The notes beneath the pieces were generated by a model. It had not been told where the DNA came from. It saw only the letters and a program-made list of their open reading frames with translations, and ran no database searches. From positions 75,064 through 139,063 of IMG/VR virus record IMGVR_UViG_3300006226_001702: a stretch of DNA of 64,000 bases; one strand, given 5' to 3'. Of this stretch, positions 30,047 through 37,938 are shown in pieces; the first letter of the stretch is position 1; every line of letters starts with the position of its first letter. The stretch is from a virus. Taxonomy: Duplodnaviria; Heunggongvirae; Uroviricota; Caudoviricetes. Position numbers and translations under genes: made by a program.

Positions 30047-31830
30047 GTTTGCTCCTCTAATAATTTTCTCTTTTTCTCTTCTAATTCATTTAACTTTTCT
30101 TGATATTGCTCAACAGCTGCAGCTTTACATTGTGGACAAATCCCACGCATATTTCCCTTAATAAAACCATGAGTTTGACAATGACTGAATGTTGGTGTTA
30201 TAGTCAAATAAGGAAGTTTAGTGTTGTACATTACTTTCTTAACGAAGTCTTTTATCCTTGGCCAATCATCTAATCCTTCACCGAGGTAACAATGGAAAAC
30301 TGTGCCACCAGTGTATTTATTTTGTAATTCAACTTGATGTTCAATTGCCTCCCATGGATTTTCAGTAAAACTAACTGGCAAGTTTGAACTATTTGTGTAA
30401 TAAGGATGCTGAATTGTGCCTGCTGTTAAAATATCTGGATATTTCATTTTATCATGTCTAGCCAATCTATATGAACAACTCTCAGCTGGTGTTGATTCTA
30501 AGTTATATAAATTTCCAGTCTCTTCTTGAAAGTCTGAGCATTTATTTCGCATAAAATCTAAAACATCTAAGGCCAATTGTCTCCCATCTTTTGTAGAAAT
30601 ATCCCAATCTTTTTTCTTAACATTTCTAAAAAAGTTACGACACAATTCATTCATACCAACTAACCCAATAGTGCTAAAATGATTTTCATATTTAGCAGGA
30701 AGATATCGTTTAGTGTAAGGATATAGTCCTCTGTCAAACCATTCATTTAATTTGACTCGCTTTAGTTCCAATGAACGTTTAGCGATATTCATACATGAAC
30801 CAATTCGTTCCAATAGCTCTTCTTTTGTATGTGAAAGATAACCAATTTTTGGTAAATTCAAAGTAACAACTCCAATAGAACCAGTGTTATCACCACTACC
30901 AAAAAGTGAGCCATTTTTTCTAGTCAATTCCCTCAAGTCTAATCTTAATCTACAACACATTGACCTCGTTTCAGAAACATCCATATCAGAATTAACATAA
31001 TTACTGAAATAAAAGCTGCCGAACTTGCCAGTGAGCCTGTAGATTCTTTCTTCAAGTTCTGGGTCTAATGATTCAAAAAACTCTTTAGTACAATTTAATG
31101 TGGGAATTGGATATTGAAATATGTTGCCTAAACCATCACCATTCTCTAACAAATCAAAAAAGATTTTGTTAAGCATATTCATCTCATTTTGTAAGTCGCC
31201 ATAAGTGAATTGTTGCTTTCTTCCACCAATTACTGGTTGTTTATCTTTTAAGTCATGAGGTGGAACCAAATCTAAAGTGATGTTGCTAAATGGGGCCTGA
31301 CTGCCCCATCGTGATGGAATGTTAATTCCATATAGAAAATATTGCAAGCACTGTTTTATCTCAGTACAATTCATATTGTCTTTTCTAATAAATGGCGCCA
31401 AATAAGTATCAAAACCATTTAATGCTTGTGCGCCATTCCATTCATTCTGTAAAATGCCCAAGAAATTCACGAGCTGTTGAACAGCTGTACCCAAGTGTTT
31501 TGGAGGGCGTGAATTTATCTTGCCTCTTACACCTCCTAAACCTTCCTCTAAAACAGTTGCAATTGACCACCCCGCACAATATGCCGCTACTAATTGTAAG
31601 TCGTGAATATGAAAATCACATGACTTATGAGCACTCCTAACATCTGATGGGTAAACTTTATTTAGCCAATATTGTGCTGAAACAGTTCCAGCCTGATGAA
31701 GTATCAAGCCGCCAATTGAATATGACGAGGTACTATTTTCTCGTACTCGCCAATCCTGCTTATCCAAATAAGAATCAGTAACAAGACATGGATCAATTGT
31801 TACTGGAGAATAATCACCGTTATCTGCCAT
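30007..31830 (-). CDS. nrdD: Anaerobic (class III) ribonucleotide reductase catalytic subunit lacking the glycyl-radical loop and ATP cone
   Basis: HIHDL, YCAGWS, GAQA, SQAPFSNITLD, YPIPT, MCCRL, TGSIGVVTLN, NLESTPAES, YTGGT and C-terminal CxxH/CxxC Zn site. Confidence 0.95.
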   Translation of the reverse strand: MADNGDYSPVTIDPCLVTDSYLDKQDWRVRENSTSSYSIGGLILHQAGTVSAQYWLNKVYPSDVRSAHKSCDFHIHDLQLVAAYCAGWSIATVLEEGLGGVRGKINSRPPKHLGTAVQQLVNFLGILQNEWNGAQALNGFDTYLAPFIRKDNMNCTEIKQCLQYFLYGINIPSRWGSQAPFSNITLDLVPPHDLKDKQPVIGGRKQQFTYGDLQNEMNMLNKIFFDLLENGDGLGNIFQYPIPTLNCTKEFFESLDPELEERIYRLTGKFGSFYFSNYVNSDMDVSETRSMCCRLRLDLRELTRKNGSLFGSGDNTGSIGVVTLNLPKIGYLSHTKEELLERIGSCMNIAKRSLELKRVKLNEWFDRGLYPYTKRYLPAKYENHFSTIGLVGMNELCRNFFRNVKKKDWDISTKDGRQLALDVLDFMRNKCSDFQEETGNLYNLESTPAESCSYRLARHDKMKYPDILTAGTIQHPYYTNSSNLPVSFTENPWEAIEHQVELQNKYTGGTVFHCYLGEGLDDWPRIKDFVKKVMYNTKLPYLTITPTFSHCQTHGFIKGNMRGICPQCKAAAVEQYQEKLNELEEKKRKLLEEQTCQHGDQAIESNL

Positions 31831-31879
31831 ACTTTCCTTTTTTCCAATTATGTATTATAGTTAGTTGATCTAAAGGATT

Positions 31880-32995
31880 TCAGAACTTATCATGTTGTCT
31901 ATTTACTCTAATGAAGGAACAACACTTCCCGAAATGCTTCAATTCTGATGCGCCAATATAAGTACATGCGGACCTAAGTCCTCCTAATATATCGTTAATT
32001 ATTGGTTGCACTGGCCCCTTATAATCAACTTCTTCAACAGCTCCCTCAGATGTGGCATAAGATTTATTTTTTCCAATATTTAATGGAGATATTTCACTAC
32101 TCATTCCATAGAATATTTTAAACTTTTTTTCTATTGGAGCAGTGTGTGCCCAACCACCATTTTCCCAATAAACTTCATCTGTACGAAAATATTTTGTAAT
32201 AATCTCTCCCTCACATTCATCTGTGCCTGCTAACATTCCTCCTAACATGACAAAATCTGCGTTTGCTCCAAAAGCCTTTGCAACGTCTCCAGGAACTCTC
32301 ATACCACCATCTAAACAAATAAGTGCATTCAATCCATGAGCAACATCTGCATTTTCCATTGCTGCGCTTATTTGTGGGTAACCAACTCCTGTCTTTTTTC
32401 TAGTTGTACATACTGACCCTGGACTAATTCCAATTTTGATAATATCAGCTCCCGCCATAATCAATTCTTGAGTCATTTCTGGTGTACAAACATTTCCTGC
32501 CATAATAACATTTTCTTTAAATCTTCTTCTAACTTCTCTAATAAAGTCAGCAAATGTCTGTGAATAACCATTAGCAATATCTACACATATTTTCAAATCT
32601 CTTTTGACGAGAATTTTATTAGCAAATTTCTCTAAAGCGTTTAATTCATCGTCACTCATTCCAATTGTGTAAAAACAAGTTTCTACAGCCATTTCTAATT
32701 TATCATTCCAAGCTTTAGACTGCTGGCCACCATTGCCTAACAATTCTTCCCATTTATGATTATTATGTTTAGCAATTGAAACTAGCATATTGTTCTTTCT
32801 AAAAACTTCAGCCATTTCAAATGTGCCAGTAGCCATATTTGATGCAATAATTGGAACACAACTTAATGTGGATCTAGAATGTAAAGTTTTGAAAGTTCTT
32901 TTTAATGAGACGTCTTTTCTTGATAAAAGGGTACTGCGCTTTGGCCTAATTAAAACAGAGTCAAAGTCCAATTTGAGTGAGGGATCTATATACAT
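31880..32995 (-). CDS. guaC: GMP reductase
   Basis: LDFDSVLIRPKRSTLLSR, PIIASNM, CVDIANGYS, MAGNV, GISPGSVCTTR, GVGYPQISA, LGGMLAG, FYGMSS, ILGGLRSACTYIGA. Confidence 0.93.
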   Translation of the reverse strand: MYIDPSLKLDFDSVLIRPKRSTLLSRKDVSLKRTFKTLHSRSTLSCVPIIASNMATGTFEMAEVFRKNNMLVSIAKHNNHKWEELLGNGGQQSKAWNDKLEMAVETCFYTIGMSDDELNALEKFANKILVKRDLKICVDIANGYSQTFADFIREVRRRFKENVIMAGNVCTPEMTQELIMAGADIIKIGISPGSVCTTRKKTGVGYPQISAAMENADVAHGLNALICLDGGMRVPGDVAKAFGANADFVMLGGMLAGTDECEGEIITKYFRTDEVYWENGGWAHTAPIEKKFKIFYGMSSEISPLNIGKNKSYATSEGAVEEVDYKGPVQPIINDILGGLRSACTYIGASELKHFGKCCSFIRVNRQHDKF

Positions 32996-33000
32996 GAGTT

Positions 33001-33009
33001 TAAATTAAC
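33001..33009 (-). promoter_or_regulatory. Class II motif GTTAATTTA, 5 nt before the guaC ATG
   Basis: GTTAATTTA-AACTC-ATG. Confidence 0.65.
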
Positions 33010-33372
33010 TTAAGGATTTAAGTTATCGATGACTTTATTAATGAAGTTTTCTTGGAAGAATTGTACTAAACCTGTGTCATAACCATTGCGCAAATTCTTA
33101 ATAACTTCTTTAACGTTGGAATCTATCAACAAAAATTGCTCAAAGTCATTGTTGTCTTCATTAAAACGAAGCATAATTTTTCCAATGTAAGGGATTTTCA
33201 TTTCGCAAGTCTTTTTATCTTTCTGTTCTAACAAAGATAAATATGTACTAAAAAATGTGTATTGCCAAACTTGTTTAATTATGTCTTGCTTTAAGCCACA
33301 CAACGCCGAAATTTTTGTTATTAGTTCTTTTTGATCAGCATCCTGAACAAAGATTTTTTCGATATTTTTCAT
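33010..33372 (-). CDS. Possible HU/IHF-like DNA-binding protein
   Basis: ELITKISALCGLKQDIIKQVW....MKIPYIGKIMLR follows the HU helix-helix-strand pattern; class II motif at 33378-33386. Confidence 0.4.
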   Translation of the reverse strand: MKNIEKIFVQDADQKELITKISALCGLKQDIIKQVWQYTFFSTYLSLLEQKDKKTCEMKIPYIGKIMLRFNEDNNDFEQFLLIDSNVKEVIKNLRNGYDTGLVQFFQENFINKVIDNLNP

Positions 33373-33385
33373 ATTGTTATATTAA

Positions 33386-33417
33386 CACAAAAAGGGCTTC
33401 CTGTTACAGAAGCCCTT
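33386..33417 (-). terminator. Intrinsic terminator
   Basis: AAGGGCTTC/GAAGCCCTT 9-bp stem followed by a T-tract on the minus strand. Confidence 0.8.
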
Positions 33418-33448
33418 GGAAGGAAGTAAGCTTAAAAGATATAAGCTC
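33386..33448 (-). ncRNA. Candidate ~60-nt small RNA
   Basis: Class II motif at 33454-33462 predicts +1 at 33448; 7-bp 5' hairpin, C/U-rich linker, then terminator; no ORF. Confidence 0.45.
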
Positions 33449-33462
33449 AATTATAAATTAAC

Positions 33463-33867
33463 TCAATCACCCAAATGTGCATCTCTCAAAGTAAAGTTCA
33501 CTAACGAGTGCGATGTTTCTATCCCCGGTTTACGATGCAAAGTTATGATGTATCTGTCAGGATAGAGCCGCCAGAAAACTATCACATCGGGGTCAATATA
33601 ATTGATATAAGAGTGATATCCCCTTAACTCATCAAAAGGAAGCTCAAACACTCTACAATCAAATTCCTCATAGCCCCTGAGAATGTAATAAGCTTCCATT
33701 TGGGTCGCCATATCCCATTCACCAAAAGTTTCAAAATCTAACTGAACTTTATGGTCAGCATAAATTGACATTGACTGGCCATTAAGTCTCGTGGTTGCAA
33801 AAAATGCTAACAAAACAATCATTAGAATCAGCAACCAAAGTTTTCGATACTCATCGTTTATATACAT
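33463..33867 (-). CDS. Secreted or membrane-anchored hypothetical protein
   Basis: Start moved to 33867 (SD AGGGGGAG); N-terminal signal-like hydrophobic stretch. Confidence 0.7.
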   Translation of the reverse strand: MYINDEYRKLWLLILMIVLLAFFATTRLNGQSMSIYADHKVQLDFETFGEWDMATQMEAYYILRGYEEFDCRVFELPFDELRGYHSYINYIDPDVIVFWRLYPDRYIITLHRKPGIETSHSLVNFTLRDAHLGD

Positions 33868-34116
33868 ATTTTCTCCCCCTAAATGTAAGCAGTCCATTGC
33901 AGGACTGATGGCTCATAGTTGACAAAGTTATGAGCTCGTCGCCTCCTGTGGGCTGTCGGACCCGTGAGGCCTCAGGCTTAGACGGGTTACAAATCCGCCT
34001 TTTACGTCCCTTTGCAGAACTCCTTCCACAAAGCTTATTAAGACAACCTAGCGCTTGCACTTACATTCCAAAATGAGTCCCGCTCTTCCACTTAAGGATG
34101 CGGTAACTCATTTGGA
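33868..34116 (-). ncRNA. Candidate ~245-nt structured RNA or 5' leader
   Basis: GC-rich intergenic region with several hairpins and a 9-bp long-range closing stem; class II motif at 34117-34125. Confidence 0.45.
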
Positions 34117-34124
34117 TAAATTAA

Positions 34125-34499
34125 CTACCTAATCTTTTCAAGCTCAGCGATGCGAGCACTGTAGAACTGGCGAGTTATGGGATTTTGACGCCAGACACGC
34201 GCTTGCTCAATCTCAATGTTTATCTCATTGGCGGCATTAAGCACGCCGGCTCGTTCAATATCCACACCATTGGCCCTGAAGTCAGCTATCGTTTCCACCG
34301 TTGCGTTGTACTTCGCTTCGAAGGATGTTGCTGTAATTGGGACAAGTAAGAGCAAAAGCCCTACGAACAGAACCCCAATTCCACCAATAACTGCCGTTAT
34401 AATTCCGGACACACCGAGTGCATTAAACCACCCGCTGTCAATAATTGTCATTACAATCCCTGCCCCAAGCAATGCGATGAAAATTAACAATAAAATCAT
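34125..34499 (-). CDS. Two-TM membrane protein
   Basis: Two N-terminal hydrophobic helices; SD GGAGG; GC-richer codon usage. Confidence 0.7.
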   Translation of the reverse strand: MILLLIFIALLGAGIVMTIIDSGWFNALGVSGIITAVIGGIGVLFVGLLLLLVPITATSFEAKYNATVETIADFRANGVDIERAGVLNAANEINIEIEQARVWRQNPITRQFYSARIAELEKIR

Positions 34500-34546
34500 T
34501 TTCTACCCTCCGATATTATATAAGATACGCAAGACTTGCGTTTACT

Positions 34547-35074
34547 TCAACCAGCACCCCAGCCATGTCTGGGTTTGGGAGCCCTTTCATCTTCCTTAAC
34601 TTTTGCCATAAACTCACCTTTTGTGAGGATATCATACATCTCAATCTCAACGTTGAATAAGTTGGGCTGTTTATGCATGGCGCCACCTGTTTTAGTAACA
34701 TTAAAATGGGGGAACATCCAAGGGCGGGCAGCGTAGTATTTCATAAGCCGCTGAACATCGGTGCTCTTTTGATTTTCCCAGACAAGGCGGCGAGTGAATC
34801 TTTCCTCGACCACATTCCGCTTTTCCTCAGAACTGTAGAATTCTACATAATAAGTGTTAGTTCTTGCCACTTTAATCTCCCTTAAGTTTATTGGTTTACC
34901 GTATAATAATATATAAGACTGATAGAATTCATGTTCAAAATCAATAGTAATTCTACTCCAGAGAAAAGGCCCAAGTCTTCTGGAGTTTAGCTTGACCTCA
35001 GCTTTTCTTTCATAGCTAAATTTATCTTTAAAGATGAAAGAGTTTTCATAGTCAAGAATGATTATATCTAACAT
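34547..35074 (-). CDS. Hypothetical protein
   Basis: 175-aa ORF. Confidence 0.6.
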   Translation of the reverse strand: MLDIIILDYENSFIFKDKFSYERKAEVKLNSRRLGPFLWSRITIDFEHEFYQSYILLYGKPINLREIKVARTNTYYVEFYSSEEKRNVVEERFTRRLVWENQKSTDVQRLMKYYAARPWMFPHFNVTKTGGAMHKQPNLFNVEIEMYDILTKGEFMAKVKEDERAPKPRHGWGAG

Positions 35075-35085
35075 ACTAAATAGAT

Positions 35086-35787
35086 ATGGCTACTAACAAA
35101 GTATTTGGTATATTAAAAGGAACATGTCCATACGTAATTTTCTTTGGATTTTTCGTGGGAGTGTGCTTGCTTCTTCAATGTTTTATTCCCTTCATTCAAA
35201 GAATGGCAGAACTAAGTGGGAATGGATCTTACAACTGGAGTTTTTGGTTACAAGTGTTAAACACTCAATTTGTTCTACCAATGGAACTCATATCACAATT
35301 TTGGGCAGCCATTGCTGCAACTTATGTTGGTTTAGATAGAACAGCATTCGCAGTAGATGCATTCAAGCATGGCACAAATGGCGGACACGCTTTTAATGAT
35401 GAAAAGTTGAGCCAATTAAATTCTATTATTTGGTTATCATTTGGCATATTTATTTTAGCAACTTTATTAAACACATTCTTTCAAGCAGAATTAGCATTAG
35501 CCCCATTATTTGCTTGTTTTGGCGCAACAGTTTTATTCTATGTTGGCGGAAATAAATCTGTTAGAACAATGGAAAATATCTGTCCAGAAGAATATTCAGA
35601 AGCTTTTATTAGGGAAAGTGATCTAGATTTGAAAGACTTATGTGAAGCCGTTTGTAAAGATGAGACTTTAACAGATGATGATAGAAAAACTATTATTGTT
35701 GTTGCTAATATGTTAAAAAGAGACGAACCATTTACAATGAAAGTTTGTGAAAATGGGAAAATTCAAACACTAAATAAAAAATCATAA
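35086..35787 (+). CDS. Multi-pass membrane protein (holin candidate)
   Basis: About 4 hydrophobic segments and a charged C-terminus; ACTAAATA-GAT-ATG start. Confidence 0.55.
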   Translation: MATNKVFGILKGTCPYVIFFGFFVGVCLLLQCFIPFIQRMAELSGNGSYNWSFWLQVLNTQFVLPMELISQFWAAIAATYVGLDRTAFAVDAFKHGTNGGHAFNDEKLSQLNSIIWLSFGIFILATLLNTFFQAELALAPLFACFGATVLFYVGGNKSVRTMENICPEEYSEAFIRESDLDLKDLCEAVCKDETLTDDDRKTIIVVANMLKRDEPFTMKVCENGKIQTLNKKS

Positions 35788-36351
35788 CATTGGTTTCTTT
35801 TTCTTTTCGTTTAGAGAAGTAATAATAGTCATAAACTTATTAAAGTTGTTTTTAACTGAAGAAAACTTAATTTTATCCAACACATTATCTTGATACTCTT
35901 TATGAACTTGCTTAAAGTTTTCAGTGAGTGCTTCTTTTACTAAAGATTTTCTAGTTTCAACTAATAATTCTTGTGGGTTTATTTTAGATAAGTCAACCCT
36001 TTCAGTAACTTGTTTGAATATGTTTTCTTTTCTATCATAATGAAATATGCCGCCATACACGTTTAATGACTCTTTAATTCTAAATAGCGTATATTGGCAT
36101 TCTTTTAATAGTGTTTCATTTAATAAATCTTCCATAATTTTTAGAAACTTATCTCGTTTCATGTAAAACTTAATTGTGCCATCATCTAAAATAATTCTAA
36201 CATTATCTTTTACTGGATTAACGAAGTATAATAAAAAGACAAATTGATTTAAGTATTCAGTTGGGTCTGGTATAACAAACTTTGGAACTTCTTCTAAACT
36301 TTTTGGGTTAACCATCTGTGCTGTTTCAGCATTTAAGATTCTATCTTCCAT
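35782..36351 (-). CDS. Hypothetical protein
   Basis: 189-aa ORF; ACTAAATT-TT-ATG start. Confidence 0.7.
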   Translation of the reverse strand: MEDRILNAETAQMVNPKSLEEVPKFVIPDPTEYLNQFVFLLYFVNPVKDNVRIILDDGTIKFYMKRDKFLKIMEDLLNETLLKECQYTLFRIKESLNVYGGIFHYDRKENIFKQVTERVDLSKINPQELLVETRKSLVKEALTENFKQVHKEYQDNVLDKIKFSSVKNNFNKFMTIITSLNEKKKKPML

Positions 36352-36356
36352 AAAAT

Positions 36357-37661
36357 TTAGTCACTATATTTTGATTGTTCCGGCCTAACATTATTGTGAA
36401 AATAGATATTTGACTTATTTCCTTCTGGATGAATTATTCGTTTGTTGTCCCAATCTTCAAGCACTTTTCTACATTCGTCAATCCAAAACTTAGTTGTACG
36501 AACTGGAACATTTTGGCCAACTACTGAACCAAAAGAATGGAAATTATGTAAATAGTTTAAGTCATGTGGAAGTCCCATAAAGTGCATATATTCTCTAAAA
36601 GTGAAACATCTATCTTCTATTGGATGTAATGCGCTCCAAGTGTTACCATGATAAACAGTTGGCATTTTCTCATTAGCAACTGAAAAGAATGACCTATCAT
36701 AATAGCCCATTCCAATTGCTTTTTTACCCAAACAATAATCATAATGTGCTTTTAATTTTTCATCTTTGTGGAACTTGTAAAACTCATCAGCTAATCCATT
36801 TAGAATAATAAAGCTTTTTAATCTATATCTTCCAACTGTATCTCGCCAATTTTTTCCAAACTTTTTGCTAATAAAAGCATACTCTTGATTTCCATCTAAA
36901 GTGTAACATTCAAACTCTTTAGTATTCTGAGTTGCGTTTGTTGGTATTCTTGAAAGGTATTCCGTAATAGTGCCAACTTTTTTGCTTTCAAATCCAATTA
37001 CAGGTGGTGGAATATCATCTTTTAACCACTTCCAAAATATCACATAAGTTCGTGGTCTATATTGAATGTTGTCATGAAGATAAGTATCTGTTTTAACATA
37101 AGTTACAGAATAACCAGAAACTTCAGCAATTTCATTTAAGTAATCTCTAACAACTTTTCCCTTTGGTGTATAAAGAGCAGGAGCATTTTCAAATAAGTAC
37201 ACTTTTGGTCTAACTGATTGTAAAACAAATTTAGTGAGAAACTTGAGGTTGTTGTTTTTCATTGAGTCATCTTTGCCATGGTCAGCTGTATTTGCTGCTG
37301 ATAAACCACTACAAACTGGCACTGAAACTATTAAGTCAACTGACTTTAAAGTTGTATCTTCTGGATTAAAATTGGCATTGCTATATTCATTATCATTTGT
37401 TATAGCAACTGGTCCATTTATATCATCAAACATTCCTCTGTTAAATTGTACATAAGGAGGAAGTTTTTTCTTTTTCTTGAGGTATTCTAAAAAATGTCTT
37501 TCGTTTCCAATGCCTCGTAAAGAGCCATCTTTTCCAAAAATTTCTTTTTCTAATCCAGGATATGATAATATCCAATTTGCCTGTTTACCAAATGATTGTT
37601 CGCCTGCGAAATAAGCACCACCAGTTAGCGGTTGAATTGCGGCCCATGTTAAATTACTCAT
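36357..37661 (-). CDS. Divergent DNA cytosine-C5 methyltransferase-like protein
   Basis: Motif IV PVCSGLS, VI FENAP, VIII IQYRPRTYVIF, IX FTFREYMHFMGLP, X GQNVP; atypical motif I (QPLTGG). Confidence 0.75.
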   Translation of the reverse strand: MSNLTWAAIQPLTGGAYFAGEQSFGKQANWILSYPGLEKEIFGKDGSLRGIGNERHFLEYLKKKKKLPPYVQFNRGMFDDINGPVAITNDNEYSNANFNPEDTTLKSVDLIVSVPVCSGLSAANTADHGKDDSMKNNNLKFLTKFVLQSVRPKVYLFENAPALYTPKGKVVRDYLNEIAEVSGYSVTYVKTDTYLHDNIQYRPRTYVIFWKWLKDDIPPPVIGFESKKVGTITEYLSRIPTNATQNTKEFECYTLDGNQEYAFISKKFGKNWRDTVGRYRLKSFIILNGLADEFYKFHKDEKLKAHYDYCLGKKAIGMGYYDRSFFSVANEKMPTVYHGNTWSALHPIEDRCFTFREYMHFMGLPHDLNYLHNFHSFGSVVGQNVPVRTTKFWIDECRKVLEDWDNKRIIHPEGNKSNIYFHNNVRPEQSKYSD

Positions 37662-37694
37662 AAATAATGAGTTATTGGTGGCTACTATGACAAA

Positions 37695-37937
37695 TTATTT
37701 ACCAATATGACTATCACCATAACCGGCTGGCCACTTAAATTCTCTGCCGTATTTTAATTTTCTCACATGAAACTCAGTTGGCCCTTCGGTGTCCATAAAA
37801 TCTTTTACATATTCAATAAGTTGTATATCTGTTTTAGCTATATAGCTTTCTTCTTCCCCATCATGGCCTTTTTCTACAAATTCATATCTTCCATCAGATT
37901 CTTTTAAGCTTTCTTTATATATTTTTTCAAAATCCAT
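37695..37937 (-). CDS. Small acidic hypothetical protein
   Basis: 80-aa ORF; SD GAGG. Confidence 0.65.
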   Translation of the reverse strand: MDFEKIYKESLKESDGRYEFVEKGHDGEEESYIAKTDIQLIEYVKDFMDTEGPTEFHVRKLKYGREFKWPAGYGDSHIGK

Positions 37938-37938
37938 T

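Noticed and set aside
33868-34116. Assignment to a known riboswitch or ribozyme (c-di-GMP-I, c-di-AMP, glmS, hammerhead)
   Set aside because: Only short sub-motifs match (GGGACG, GUCUAAG, UCCGACAGC, CUGAUG); the required helices and core residues are missing
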